Shown here one piece after another: positions 1-10,464 of a DNA stretch of 64,000 nt. The translations under genes and the position numbers were made by a program. The notes under the pieces are model-generated. The model saw only the letters and a list, made by a program, of their open reading frames with translations. It did not search any database and was not told the DNA's origin. Source of the stretch: Bdellovibrionales bacterium (GTDB lineage Bacteria > Bdellovibrionota > Bdellovibrionia > Bdellovibrionales > JAGQZY01); contig JBGSUL010000089.1 in the NCBI GenBank assembly GCA_041736155.1, positions 16,090 through 80,089 of the forward strand. The letters run 5' to 3'. The stretch's first letter is position 1. Every line of letters begins with the position of its first letter.

Positions 1-86
1 TCCTTGAGAAGATGCGAAGGACGCTCTACCACTTCACCAGCTGCAATTTGATCGACCACCTCGGACGAGAGAACCTGAATTTCCAT
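1..86 (-). CDS. mutL: DNA mismatch repair protein MutL, 5' end only (runs off the window)
   Basis: Manual translation from ATG at 86 gives MEIQVLSSEVVDQIAAGEVVERPSHLLK, the MutL N-terminal IAAGEVVERP signature; not in the ORF track. Confidence 0.93.
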   Translation of the reverse strand, partial: MEIQVLSSEVVDQIAAGEVVERPSHLLK

Positions 87-140
87 GAAATAGATATAGG
101 TGGATGTAGCAAGGCTGTCTATAGTGCCGCAGAGCGACTT

Positions 141-542
141 TTAGACAGGCGGCTCCGTCCATTTATAATCTTTTACTTTTTTGATAATGGGACGAATATC
201 GGGCTGGGGTTTTAAAAGATAAAGAGGGTCCTTCTTTCTTTCGGCAAGAAAGGCCTTCACAGCGTCCGCAGCCACTTGAGGATTTCTTTTGTAAACGACC
301 GGATCAAAACCGCAAGCCGAACAACGTATCGACATACGCCAACGCATTTGCGCCACCATCTCTGCCGTCACCGCGAGGATCAGAAAAAGCACGACACCCG
401 TCCAGTGAAAATCCTGCCAAACAAGATAGGTAAATACGGCACCGACCACCGTCAAAGCCAAAATCACAAAGACGCCAATGTGTTTGGATTTGTAGACTTT
501 TTGTGGGAGCTTGCAAAAAGAGCAGTAGACTTTCTGTTTCAA
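141..542 (-). CDS. Hypothetical two-TM membrane protein with two CxxC motifs
   Basis: CSFC, two hydrophobic helices, CSAC; TTG start preceded by GGAGG. Confidence 0.7.
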   Translation of the reverse strand: MKQKVYCSFCKLPQKVYKSKHIGVFVILALTVVGAVFTYLVWQDFHWTGVVLFLILAVTAEMVAQMRWRMSIRCSACGFDPVVYKRNPQVAADAVKAFLAERKKDPLYLLKPQPDIRPIIKKVKDYKWTEPPV

Positions 543-620
543 CTAGACCTCCGGCCCTATTCCTTTGAACCTCAGTGAAAAGTCATAGTTCGCATCTAGG
601 TTTGTTGCTAAAGTGAAACT

Positions 621-1234
621 ATGAAACACATCTTTATCCTACTCGTCTTTTTTACGCCTGTCTGTTTTGCAGCTGAGAAACCCTACGAAAGTTATGATGA
701 AATCGTCAACAAACTCAGCAAGTACCGCCGCGAGCAAGCCAACGAGCAAATGTCATTGAGCGTTCCTCGTCAAAACTTCCACGTCAGTTTTGGTCTTGGC
801 AATAACTCCACGCGCATAAGCAACTCTCAAGTCGGTGCTGTTAGCCAAAATGGTTTTATCTTTGGCGTGGCTCAACCCTGGTATCACAATTGTTATTTGC
901 CGAAGTTTTTGGAAAGTTCTATCAAGATGCCAAAACCGACAGCGTCACCAGCGAACTTCAGCAGTATGAACTGCGTATTAGTCTCAAAGAAAAAATGGAT
1001 TTTGCTATTCTCAATTTTGGTGTGGGCACGGCGGCACGATTTCTCTCGGTGCAAACGCCTTCGCTGAAAAACGACTACCGCATTCCGAGCATGCTGGCCA
1101 CCATCGGTCTTGAGCGTCGTTTTACCTCTCGCCTGAGCATTGCTGGCGATGTGGCTTTTCATCGCAGTCTCAAAGAAGATAGTAACGGTAAGAATGCGAC
1201 CGAGATTGTTTTGCGACTCAATTACCACCTCTGA
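621..1234 (+). pseudogene. Outer-membrane beta-barrel-like protein split by a one-base frameshift near 876-878 (real lesion or sequencing error)
   Basis: Signal peptide in ORF 621..1067; amphipathic strands ending LRLNYHL in ORF 890..1234; one extra C in the CCC run joins them (QP-LVSQLLFAEVFG). Confidence 0.65.
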
Positions 1235-1241
1235 GGAGTTT

Positions 1242-1832
1242 ATGGTTAAGATTTCTAAAAGTGATTACTATCGCGACTGCGAACGAATGAAAAAATTCCT
1301 GCCAGTTTTTCTCAAGAACCCTTTTGAAGGCATACAAAAGCCACTCATTCTTCCTTGGCAAAGCACAGCGCTCACCTTACTTTTTATCAATGTCTTTTTC
1401 GGTTTGATTCACGGATTTTATAAGATGGATTTAATACAATGGGTGATCAGCCTGTTGGTGACACCCCTCATCGCCCCCGGATTTCTTCTTCTCATCGCCC
1501 TTTTTCTTTATTATTTTTCCCAGTATATGTTCGATGTCACACATAACTTTGATCATATCTGCAGTGTGATTTTTTGGGCGTACGTTCCGGCATCCCTATT
1601 TTTTATGGCGTCGCTGTTTTACCCACCGATTTATCTTTTGGGTTTATTAATTCTTGCTGTGCTCAGCGTGAAAGGTTTAATTGAAAACTTTCAGATCCCC
1701 AAAAACACTGTGGTAACTCTGGCGGTGATTGGTTTTATGGTGGCGTTGGTGTTTTGGATTCTCAACGAGGTTTATGGCTATAAACCCCCATTCAAACCGA
1801 AATCTTTGGATCAATTAGAACAAGAGCTGTAA
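1242..1832 (+). CDS. Yip1-like multi-pass membrane protein
   Basis: GAGGAG before ATG 1242; LKNP N-terminal motif, about 5 TM helices, AYVP motif. Confidence 0.6.
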   Translation: MVKISKSDYYRDCERMKKFLPVFLKNPFEGIQKPLILPWQSTALTLLFINVFFGLIHGFYKMDLIQWVISLLVTPLIAPGFLLLIALFLYYFSQYMFDVTHNFDHICSVIFWAYVPASLFFMASLFYPPIYLLGLLILAVLSVKGLIENFQIPKNTVVTLAVIGFMVALVFWILNEVYGYKPPFKPKSLDQLEQEL

Positions 1833-1857
1833 AGGTTGAGTCAAGCGCTCTCGCTTT

Positions 1858-2622
1858 TTAACGTCCGTCTGGTCTAAACTCTGCCCAGTCGCGCTGAAGA
1901 AGAAATCCAAAATATCCTTTATGATTCCATCCACCATATCCTGCTTCCACATCCCAGGCACAAAGAAGATGATGTTTATCATTACGATTAAAATCGCGAC
2001 ATGTTAAGGCATGCGTTCCATATCTAGTGCGTGCCACCCAGCGAATATTATTATCTTGCCTGTATTGGGATTCCCACACAAAAACCATATTTCTGTTTCC
2101 ATTCCAATTTTCTATTACTAAATTTCTATTTTGATCAATCCACATCAATCCCATAGGAGAATCATTTGCCACATTATAAACCAGCAAGGGTTGTCGAGGG
2201 TTATTAGGATTTTGCTTCATATAGAATTCATTGCCGCGGTGCCCAGTGGGATTTACATAAGTCACAATAACCCAATTCGCCTGCCACGCTTGCCATGTGG
2301 AATTATTGATCTCATAGAAAGGAAATATACCGCCACCAAAGGTGGCAGTTGTACATGCATAGGTGTGCGGATTCACTCGAAAGTCACAATTTGTGCTGGT
2401 GACACAATAACCGCGCGAAGCATACGGATCAGCGGCTATATCGGGCGGTAGCGGTATATTATTGGAGTAGGGGTTCGAAGGGCAGACGGCTGAAGTTCCT
2501 TGCCCCTGATACCCTGCTTGGTAGTTGCCATTGTTGAGTGAGTTACAGCTTGCACAAACCAAAGCAAAAAACACAACAGCAACAAAATATTCGATGCATT
2601 TGAAAGTAAAAGAAACACCCAC
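1858..2622 (-). CDS. Secreted or lipoprotein hypothetical protein, paralog of 2823..3725
   Basis: Hydrophobic leader ending CASC; shares NPHT.AC, WV.VTYV, C.DFNRN.KHH and KGY.GFL with the neighbouring gene. Confidence 0.75.
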   Translation of the reverse strand: MGVSFTFKCIEYFVAVVFFALVCASCNSLNNGNYQAGYQGQGTSAVCPSNPYSNNIPLPPDIAADPYASRGYCVTSTNCDFRVNPHTYACTTATFGGGIFPFYEINNSTWQAWQANWVIVTYVNPTGHRGNEFYMKQNPNNPRQPLLVYNVANDSPMGLMWIDQNRNLVIENWNGNRNMVFVWESQYRQDNNIRWVARTRYGTHALTCRDFNRNDKHHLLCAWDVEAGYGGWNHKGYFGFLLQRDWAEFRPDGR

Positions 2623-2643
2623 GCACAGCCCCCTTGCTAGAAT

Positions 2644-2751
2644 GTTTCCTCAATTTGACATAGTGCTAAATTGAGGAAACGCCCTCTTGCTCCCACCAGT
2701 GAGTCTTTTCACCTTGGGCGTAGAGATTCACTGGTTAGAGCACTAGTCAAA
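2644..2751 (-). promoter_or_regulatory. Structured intergenic leader with two hairpins and an alternative long-range pairing
   Basis: Perfect 13-bp IR 2644-2656/2668-2680; near-perfect IR 2695-2706/2724-2735; 2739-2751 complementary to 2654-2667 with one bulge. Confidence 0.5.
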
Positions 2752-2822
2752 ATTATCGAAACATTATAATGCAAAGACAAGTTCTACTGTATTAACGTAG
2801 GTCAACTGGACTATGGTTTGCC

Positions 2823-3725
2823 TTACTGACAAACTGGGGGTTGCGTTCTCTTAGGGAGAAAGTTTTCCCAATCCGTTCTAAATAAAAACCCAATGTAGCC
2901 TTTGAACTCAACTCTGTCTTGGGCGTATATTTGATCGTACTGATAATTGGGCCATGTTCTGTAAGTTGTGGACCACTGGCAATTCATATGATGCTTATTG
3001 TTGCGATTAAAATCCACACACTTAAGATTTTCGCTCCATCGACAACTCCAACTCTGACCACCTTGGTAGCGGGCAGGGAGGCGGCATGAAGGGTCGATCC
3101 AAACCCATGTGACTATATAATTGCTTTCTTCAACATAACTGCTCTTCTCAAAAACAAGATCTCGCCCATTCCAATTATTAATTCTCATGCTTTGGTAATA
3201 GGGATCAATGGTCATACTGCCCACCTGCAGATTCGTCACTGTGTTGTAGACACCCATGGGTTGACTTTGATGATAGGGGTTCACTGCCATCGTAAATTCA
3301 GGACCGCTGTGAGAGTCTGAAGCTCCCACATAAGTCACAGCTACCCAACTATCTTGCGCCCACACATTCCAATCTACGTTGTAATAGGGAAAAAAACCAT
3401 TTCGTCCTTGGCGAATAAAGGACAGGTGATTGCAAGCTATCGTATGTGGATTTTTTCGAGCATCACAAGTGCCACTTGAAGCGGCAAGGACAGCGTCGGC
3501 TGCTGCGTAATCAAATGGGATTTGTGGGTTACATGCCTGCGCCATACCATTTTGATATTGTTGTTGTGGCGGATTGTATTGTTGCTGAGGAGGTGGATTA
3601 TGCTGCTGAGGTTGATTGTTGTAATTAACGCCCTCATCAATATATTCCACCGGCAAAAGGCCATCCGCACGGGTGGATTGAGAATTTAAGAGGGTGAACG
3701 TCAAAAGCATTAATAATTGCTTCAC
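2823..3725 (-). CDS. Secreted hypothetical protein with Q/P-rich N-terminus, paralog of 1858..2622
   Basis: AGGAG before GTG; signal peptide; PPQQQY repeats; same Cys/Trp motifs as the neighbouring gene. Confidence 0.78.
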   Translation of the reverse strand: MKQLLMLLTFTLLNSQSTRADGLLPVEYIDEGVNYNNQPQQHNPPPQQQYNPPQQQYQNGMAQACNPQIPFDYAAADAVLAASSGTCDARKNPHTIACNHLSFIRQGRNGFFPYYNVDWNVWAQDSWVAVTYVGASDSHSGPEFTMAVNPYHQSQPMGVYNTVTNLQVGSMTIDPYYQSMRINNWNGRDLVFEKSSYVEESNYIVTWVWIDPSCRLPARYQGGQSWSCRWSENLKCVDFNRNNKHHMNCQWSTTYRTWPNYQYDQIYAQDRVEFKGYIGFLFRTDWENFLPKRTQPPVCQ

Positions 3726-4030
3726 GGAGACTCCTTATTGGCGCCACACTGCTGTTGGTGGCTTGAAAATTTATAAATACAAAACCCTTATTATACAATG
3801 CGTTAAAAAAGTAAAGTTCACCCTATTGATGTGAAATAATTACTTAAAACTCCCTAATTTTTGACACTTTAAAATGCACTATGGAAGGCAATTTGTCGCA
3901 TTTCTGCCAAGTTTGCAGTGCTTAGTAGACAAAAAGTCCGGCTTCACCTAACTTCGCTTCTACGCATTGAGTAGGGTTAAAAAACGTCAAATTTATAAGG
4001 GTTTGGCGCTAAAGATGGGGTTACTTGTTC

Positions 4031-4774
4031 ATGAGATTCGGGTTCTTTTTTCTTATTCTGAGCTTGCTTGCAGGGGTGCCCCAAGTCCGAGCGCAACACT
4101 TCGTCGTTACGGACTGCCGTGATTTCGCTACATCCGACGACCTTAACCTGCGCCTCTGTGATTATGTCTCCGTTGATAAACTCAAAACCGATGTTTTAGC
4201 CCTCCTCGTTACTGAACAAAAATTGATCGAAAGTGAATTGTTTCTTGTTGTAGACGAAGCCTCTACCCAGCGTTTGCAAACACTCAAACAATTCTTATTT
4301 TTCATCGAACAGTCTGCTCTGCAGAAAATAGAAGAAATATGCTCACTCAAGGGTTCGACCATTCCTTCCGCTTCCCACCTTGTTTCTGGGTGTATTTACA
4401 ATCAATACAATTTGATCAAAAATTATTTATTAAAAGTCACCAGTCATAACAAACAAATCCTCCCTCGCACCCCCTGGCTCAATGCCATTGAACAAACCCA
4501 TTTTGACGAATTTATTAATGATGTGCTCTTAGAGCTCGCCGAAAAAAGTAAAAATGATTCGGATCTGAGCGCACAGAAAAAAATTCTAATGGCGGAAGTC
4601 TTAAAAATTTATGAATCCGATGGAAAGTCTCTCTACGAAGCTTTTCAAGGAATTTGTGGTCTAAAAATGTTTAGTGAGTCCCCTACAGATTTACTCGATA
4701 TCCAAATCGCTCTCACCTGCGAAAAAGATCACCTCGACGATCTCACCACTATCCTCTTTAAAACGTTAGAATAG
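4031..4774 (+). CDS. Secreted helical hypothetical protein with several Cys
   Basis: Long ORF; signal peptide ending VRA-Q. Confidence 0.65.
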   Translation: MRFGFFFLILSLLAGVPQVRAQHFVVTDCRDFATSDDLNLRLCDYVSVDKLKTDVLALLVTEQKLIESELFLVVDEASTQRLQTLKQFLFFIEQSALQKIEEICSLKGSTIPSASHLVSGCIYNQYNLIKNYLLKVTSHNKQILPRTPWLNAIEQTHFDEFINDVLLELAEKSKNDSDLSAQKKILMAEVLKIYESDGKSLYEAFQGICGLKMFSESPTDLLDIQIALTCEKDHLDDLTTILFKTLE

Positions 4775-4785
4775 TGACGACTGGC

Positions 4786-5241
4786 TTATTGACAATTTTG
4801 GCAAAGGCCACGAACAACAATGGCGTCTGTGGTCATGCGAAAACGCGCTTCGTTTTGTAGAAAATCCGACAGCACCTGTAATGTTTTGTCCGTTCCGCCC
4901 ACATCTTGGACAGTGCCGCACTTTTCGCAAATAGCTATGACGTGTTTACTGTGGCCGCAGGCTTGGTGTTTACAATAAATATATTTTCCATCACCCACAG
5001 AGTGGACAATTTCCAGCTCTTCGAATTTTTCTAAAATTCTATAAACAGTCACCCGATCAAAATCTTCGTTCTTAAATTTTTTTTGTAACTGAGAGAACAC
5101 TTCTGACGGCGATAAGGATTTGCGCGTCAGCTCAAGGAGCTGCAGTATTCGTAGACGCGACTGCGTGAGCCGCAGTCCTTCGTCTTTCATTTTTTTAAGG
5201 ACCTGCTCATTGAGGTCTAAATGCTCGTGATCCTTTTTCAT
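4786..5241 (-). CDS. Fur/Zur-family transcriptional regulator
   Basis: [15 protein letters not shown]...CEKCG and C-terminal GLCQNC. Confidence 0.9.
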   Translation of the reverse strand: MKKDHEHLDLNEQVLKKMKDEGLRLTQSRLRILQLLELTRKSLSPSEVFSQLQKKFKNEDFDRVTVYRILEKFEELEIVHSVGDGKYIYCKHQACGHSKHVIAICEKCGTVQDVGGTDKTLQVLSDFLQNEARFRMTTDAIVVRGLCQNCQ

Positions 5242-5687
5242 GGATTAACTGAAACTCCTGTGCTTCCAAAACCACCCGCACCACGCTGAGTATCACTCAG
5301 CTCCTCAACCAGTTCCATGTCTGCCTGAAGTACAGGGCATAAAACACATTGAGCAATACGGTCTTGATCTTGAATTACAAAAGGTTCAGCACCAAGGTTG
5401 ATCAATATCACTTTCACTTCTCCGCGATAATCCGCATCGATGGTGCCTGGAGTGTTCAGGACCGTGACGGATTTTTTAGCGGCCAACCCGCTGCGTGGAC
5501 GCACTTGAATTTCGTAACCCACGGGGATTTCAAAGCTCAGTCCTGTCGGTACCATCACCGAGGCTCCTGGCGCTACGGTGAGTGTGGTTTCCACTTGTGC
5601 GCGAATATCAAATCCACTGGCTAATTTTGTTTCGTACTTAGGAAGATCACCCTTGTAGTGTGACCATTTTTTGACTTTCATTTTCAT
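5238..5687 (-). CDS. dut: dUTP diphosphatase
   Basis: [34 protein letters not shown]; ATG at 5687 overlaps the upstream stop. Confidence 0.97.
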   Translation of the reverse strand: MKMKVKKWSHYKGDLPKYETKLASGFDIRAQVETTLTVAPGASVMVPTGLSFEIPVGYEIQVRPRSGLAAKKSVTVLNTPGTIDADYRGEVKVILINLGAEPFVIQDQDRIAQCVLCPVLQADMELVEELSDTQRGAGGFGSTGVSVNP

Positions 5688-6952
5688 AACCCCTCCATCC
5701 ATTGACGATCTTTAATTTCTGAGACAGCCCCCATTAAATAAAGACTCATTGTTTTTAGATCCAAAAATTCTTCGATATATTGATTCACTTGTTTTAACTT
5801 AACAGATTCCATCTCTTTAATCACAGACTCCACCGAACGGTATTTACCATAGGTCATTTCGTTGGTAGCGAGAGAAATCATCCGGCTCTCCACGTCTTCA
5901 GAGGCAATCAACAATTGTCCTTCGACCTGGCGTCGGTAAAAGTCTAATTCTTTTTGCTTCATTTTTGTTTTATGGAAAAGGCGAGTTTCCGAAATCACTT
6001 CTTCCACTAATTTGTGGTAGGATTTTTTATCCGTGGCTGCATAAATGATCTGCACACCAAAATCTGTATAGGTGTTGAGCATGCTAAAGATCGAATAGGC
6101 CCAACCTTTTTCCTCACGAATCTTTTGATAAAGACGCGATGTCATGCCACCGCCTAAGGCTGCGTTGACCATAAAGGCTTCAAAGCGTCGAGGTGAACCA
6201 AATGGTAGCGAGGGCGCACCCAGAACAATGTGAACTTGTTCACTCTCACGCATTTTTGCGTCGAGCAGAGACTGAAGTCCTCGTGTCGTTCGCTGCACCT
6301 CTTGTTTGACCGCCGGCATATGGCCCATGTACTTTTCCACAAGTTTAACCACTTTGTTGTGCTCGACATTTCCCGCAACGCTCACGACTAAATTTCCGGC
6401 GAGATAATTTTTTCGGTACCAAGAGACCACATCTTTTTGTGTGATGTTTTTTAAAGACTCTTCTGTTCCTAAAATAGGCCAGCCAATGCTGTCTTGAGGA
6501 AAAGCTTTGGCGAAGTACTCATCAAACACCGAGTCTTCGATATCATCGCGACTCATAAAGAGTTCTTGCAGAACAACGTTTTTCTCTTTTTCAAATTCTT
6601 CTTCATCAAATTGTGCAAACTGGAAGAGTTGGGCAAGTATCTGTACACTCAATTCTAAATCTTCTTTGAGCGTGGTCGCATGGAAACACGTATTCTCTTT
6701 AGACGTAAAAGCATTGATTTCGCCGCCCACCGCTTCAATCTTTTGGGCGATTTGTAAGGCCGAGAACTTTTTCGTTCCTTTAAAAACTAAATGTTCTATG
6801 AGATGGGAAACACCAACGTATTGGGGATCTTCATCACGCGTACCACGGTCGAGCCAAAAGCCGACCACCGCACAGCGCGTAGTTTTATGGGATTCGGTTA
6901 AAACACGAATCCCATTTTTTAATATGGTTTTTTTAAAGACAGGCTTCGACAT
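5684..6952 (-). CDS. M16 (pitrilysin/insulinase) family zinc peptidase
   Basis: HLIEH inverted zinc motif, [23 protein letters not shown]; usual position after pnp. Confidence 0.93.
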   Translation of the reverse strand: MSKPVFKKTILKNGIRVLTESHKTTRCAVVGFWLDRGTRDEDPQYVGVSHLIEHLVFKGTKKFSALQIAQKIEAVGGEINAFTSKENTCFHATTLKEDLELSVQILAQLFQFAQFDEEEFEKEKNVVLQELFMSRDDIEDSVFDEYFAKAFPQDSIGWPILGTEESLKNITQKDVVSWYRKNYLAGNLVVSVAGNVEHNKVVKLVEKYMGHMPAVKQEVQRTTRGLQSLLDAKMRESEQVHIVLGAPSLPFGSPRRFEAFMVNAALGGGMTSRLYQKIREEKGWAYSIFSMLNTYTDFGVQIIYAATDKKSYHKLVEEVISETRLFHKTKMKQKELDFYRRQVEGQLLIASEDVESRMISLATNEMTYGKYRSVESVIKEMESVKLKQVNQYIEEFLDLKTMSLYLMGAVSEIKDRQWMEGL

Positions 6953-6972
6953 AAGACCCGTCTCCCTTCTGA

Positions 6973-9093
6973 CTAGGCTTCACCTTCTGCGCCGTCTGCA
7001 GGGAGCAAAGCTCTGCGCGACAATTTTACGCGACCGGAACGATCCACTTCCATGACCTTCACATCTACTTTATCGCCCTCTTTGAGAACGTCAGTCACAT
7101 TGCGAATTCGCTCGTTCGAAATTTCCGAAATATGGAGTAGACCTTGAGTTCCTGGAAGAATTTCGACAAACGCTCCGAAATCGACAACTTTCACCACTTT
7201 TCCAGAGTACTTTTGGCCGACTTGGGCTTCTGCACAAATAGATTCGATGATCGAAATCGCTCGGTTGGTCATTTCTGGATCCGAAGAAGCAATGTTGATT
7301 GAACCATCATCTTGGATGTAAATTTTAACGCCAGTTTCTTCGATAATGCCTTTGATCACTTTACCGCCAGCACCGATCACTTCGCGAACTTTGTCTGGCT
7401 TAATTTTAATGGTAACGATACGCGGAGCAAAAGGCGACAATTGTCCTTTCGGCTGTTTAATGACCGCATCCATTTTATCTAAGATATGGAGACGACCCGC
7501 TTTGGCTTGCTTAAGTGCTTGTTCCATCACCGCAAAGCTAATGCTATCAATTTTGATATCCATTTGCACTGCCGTTACACCTTCACGAGTTCCGGCCACT
7601 TTAAAGTCCATATCGCCCAGATGATCTTCATCGCCCAAAATATCTGTTAACACAGCTGTGCGGCCACCTTCACTGATAAGGCCCATCGCAATACCCGCCA
7701 CTGGCGCAACCATTGGTACACCTGCATCCAGGAGAGCCAATGTTCCCGAACAGACCGTGCCCATGGAGCTTGAACCGTTCGATTCAAGAACTTCACTCAC
7801 GATACGAATGGTGTACGGAAATTTATCAGCAGCAGGCAACATGCCTTGAAGAGCGCGTTCTGCCAAATTTCCGTGACCGATTTCACGGCGACTTTGTCCA
7901 CCCATACGACCTGTTTCGCCAACGCTGAATGGTGGAAAGTTGTAATGTAGAAGGAATTTCTTTTTGAATGTTTTGTTAAGACCATCGATCATTTGCTCAT
8001 CATCACCCGTTCCAAGAGTGACGGTGCCCAAAACCTGAGTTTCCCCACGAGTGAAAAGACCGGACCCGTGAACACGAGGAAGGAGGTTAATCTCACACGC
8101 AATCGGACGAACCGTCGTAAGATCACGACCATCAATACGAGCCCCTTTATCTAAAATCGCTGCACGAGAAATGCGATATTTGAGATCTTCGATAATCATG
8201 CCCAAATCTTTTTTGCGAAGTTTTAAAACATCATCAGCAAAACCCTGACCTTTGATCAATTGCTCATTGGCCAATTTAGAGATGGTTGAATATTTCATAT
8301 AACGCTCGTTTTTTTCACGAGTGTTAAGAGCATCGGTGATTTTGTCAGTTAACAATGCTTCCGCTTTTGTTTTGAAATCCGCATCGATGGTGTACGGAGT
8401 AAATTCACGCTTGGCTGGTGCTTTTGACTTCTCACGAAGTTCATCTTGCATATCCAGAAGTGGCTTCAATTGCTCATGTCCGTATTTCAGTGCTGCTAAA
8501 AAGTCTTCTTCGCTGATGAGTTTGGCTTCGCCTTCCACCATGAGAATTCCATTGCGCGTTCCCGAAACGATGATGTCCATGTCCGAAGTCTCAAGAACTT
8601 CAGGACTTGGATTGACCACAAACTGACCGTTCACGCGACCGATTTGAATGGCCGCCGTAGGTCCGTTAAAAGGAATATCACTAATGTGAAGAGCCGCAGA
8701 AGCGCCAAGACTTGCCAACATTTCAGTCGAGTATTGTCCATCATAGCTGAGTACTGTCGCCACCACTTGCGTTTCGAAACGATAGCCTTCGGGAAAACAC
8801 GGGCGAATCGGACGATCAATCAAACGCGATGTTAAAGTCGCGTTGGTTGTTGGTTTTCCTTCACGTTTAAAAAATCCACCGGGGATTTTGCCTGAAGAAT
8901 AAAATTTTTCGACGTACTCTACTGTCAGTGGAAAAAAGTCCAAATCCGATTCTTTGCGATTGGAGACAGCAGTGACGAGCACCATGTTGTTTCCGCAAGT
9001 GACGAGCGCCGAACCATCGGCTTGTTTTGCCAAGCGACCGGTTTCGATTTTAATCTGCTGGCCACCTAATGTTGTTGTAACTGTTTGAACCAT
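6973..9093 (-). CDS. pnp: Polyribonucleotide nucleotidyltransferase
   Basis: LAKQADG, SRLIDRPIRP, ESNGSSSM, GDMDFKVAGT; KH and S1 domains. Confidence 0.99.
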   Translation of the reverse strand: MVQTVTTTLGGQQIKIETGRLAKQADGSALVTCGNNMVLVTAVSNRKESDLDFFPLTVEYVEKFYSSGKIPGGFFKREGKPTTNATLTSRLIDRPIRPCFPEGYRFETQVVATVLSYDGQYSTEMLASLGASAALHISDIPFNGPTAAIQIGRVNGQFVVNPSPEVLETSDMDIIVSGTRNGILMVEGEAKLISEEDFLAALKYGHEQLKPLLDMQDELREKSKAPAKREFTPYTIDADFKTKAEALLTDKITDALNTREKNERYMKYSTISKLANEQLIKGQGFADDVLKLRKKDLGMIIEDLKYRISRAAILDKGARIDGRDLTTVRPIACEINLLPRVHGSGLFTRGETQVLGTVTLGTGDDEQMIDGLNKTFKKKFLLHYNFPPFSVGETGRMGGQSRREIGHGNLAERALQGMLPAADKFPYTIRIVSEVLESNGSSSMGTVCSGTLALLDAGVPMVAPVAGIAMGLISEGGRTAVLTDILGDEDHLGDMDFKVAGTREGVTAVQMDIKIDSISFAVMEQALKQAKAGRLHILDKMDAVIKQPKGQLSPFAPRIVTIKIKPDKVREVIGAGGKVIKGIIEETGVKIYIQDDGSINIASSDPEMTNRAISIIESICAEAQVGQKYSGKVVKVVDFGAFVEILPGTQGLLHISEISNERIRNVTDVLKEGDKVDVKVMEVDRSGRVKLSRRALLPADGAEGEA

Positions 9094-9142
9094 GTTGAGT
9101 TGTCTCCTTCTATGGATCTAGTCTGTTAAAAACGGCCGCGAA

Positions 9143-9412
9143 TTATTTGCGGAGTTCTAACTCGGTAATGACTTGTTGGTATTTTTTGAAGTCTGTTTTT
9201 TTCAAATAATCCAAAAGACGACGACGACGATTCACAAGCTTAACGAGACCCACTGTTCCGTGATTGTCTTTGGGGTGTTTTTTGAAGTGTCCAGTAAGTT
9301 CTTTGATTTGAAAAGTCAAAAGCGCAACTTGCACTTCAGAACTTCCAGTATCAAGATCTTTGCGTTGGAACTTTTTTACGATTTGCGTTTTTTGCGCAGT
9401 AGTGAGTGCCAT
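9143..9412 (-). CDS. rpsO: 30S ribosomal protein S15
   Basis: DTGSSEVQVALLT, HPKDNH, RRRLLDYL. Confidence 0.99.
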   Translation of the reverse strand: MALTTAQKTQIVKKFQRKDLDTGSSEVQVALLTFQIKELTGHFKKHPKDNHGTVGLVKLVNRRRRLLDYLKKTDFKKYQQVITELELRK

Positions 9413-9563
9413 ATGTCCTCCTTTAAGAACAAACCTCTTAGAGCGTCATGGCGATCGTCTCCAGAAGTTAAAATAAGTTTCGACAAAGTATGTCTAAGCC
9501 CTTGGCAGGTCAAGAGAAACTGCTGAAATCTGGTGCCTAGGCAGGGGCTAAGGCTTGTTTTGC

Positions 9564-10463
9564 CTAATGCTTATTTTGAAAGACCCGGCGAATAGAGAAA
9601 CCTCGCTCATCGCGAGTCAACAGCGCCATAAGGTCACTGTCTTTGCTATCGAGGACTTTGACCCCCCGAAAACGAGGGTCGGAAAACTCAATTTCAAGAA
9701 AACGTGCTAAACGGTGAGAAATCTGTCCATTTTTAAGCAGTTTTTCGTCCATCCCCCCCACTTTAAAGGAGGGCCAATCTGGCAAAGTCTTATCAAAGGG
9801 CACCCAATGCGGACTGCCAACTTGTAAGAGTTTTTCATCGGTCAACGGCAAAGCACTTTGCAGATCATAGGGAAAGGAGCTTTCCCGACGCAACATGGAG
9901 ACTGTGGCTCCACAACCGAGCTTTTCCCCTAATTTTTCCACCCAAGTGCGCACAAAACTTCCCTTGCTACAATGGAGGCGGGCTTGAACGCGGTTTTCGT
10001 TAAAACTGATAAATTCGGCTTTATAAAAGGTCATCGACTTACTGGGAGGCGTAAAAACTTCCTGATTTCGGGCCTTTTCGTAAAGTTTCTGCCCTTGGAC
10101 TTTCACAGCTGAGTAAATAGGAACCGGCCAAACAAACTCGCCCTGAAGCTCCTGCACGGCTTTTACAACCTGGTCCATTTGTACGTTCACGGTTTTGGTT
10201 TCAATCACGGTACCATCGGTGTCACCCGTGTCAGAACGCACACCCAAAAGAGCTTCCACAATATAGGATTTGTCACCCGAAAGGATAAAGTCGGAGAGTT
10301 TCGTAGCTTCACCCATCAGCACTACCATCAACCCTGTGGCCAAAGGATCCAAGGTGCCTGCATGCCCCACCTGTCTTTGTGCTGATAAACGGCGAACCGA
10401 ACTCACCACATCGTGGCTCGTCATTCCCCTTGGTTTATCAATAAGGAGTAATCCACTTTTCAT
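9564..10463 (-). CDS. truB: tRNA pseudouridine(55) synthase
   Basis: DKPRGMTSHDVV, GHAGTLDPLATG, CSKGSFVR. Confidence 0.97.
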   Translation of the reverse strand: MKSGLLLIDKPRGMTSHDVVSSVRRLSAQRQVGHAGTLDPLATGLMVVLMGEATKLSDFILSGDKSYIVEALLGVRSDTGDTDGTVIETKTVNVQMDQVVKAVQELQGEFVWPVPIYSAVKVQGQKLYEKARNQEVFTPPSKSMTFYKAEFISFNENRVQARLHCSKGSFVRTWVEKLGEKLGCGATVSMLRRESSFPYDLQSALPLTDEKLLQVGSPHWVPFDKTLPDWPSFKVGGMDEKLLKNGQISHRLARFLEIEFSDPRFRGVKVLDSKDSDLMALLTRDERGFSIRRVFQNKH

Positions 10464-10464
10464 A

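Noticed and set aside
2654-2669. CIRCE (HrcA) operator suggested by TTAGCACT
   Set aside because: Only a partial half-site; no TTAGCACTC-N9-GAGTGCTAA
2780-2823. c-di-GMP-I riboswitch suggested by GGCAAACC on the minus strand
   Set aside because: The GNRA-loop stem and the downstream GCAAAG and P3 elements are missing
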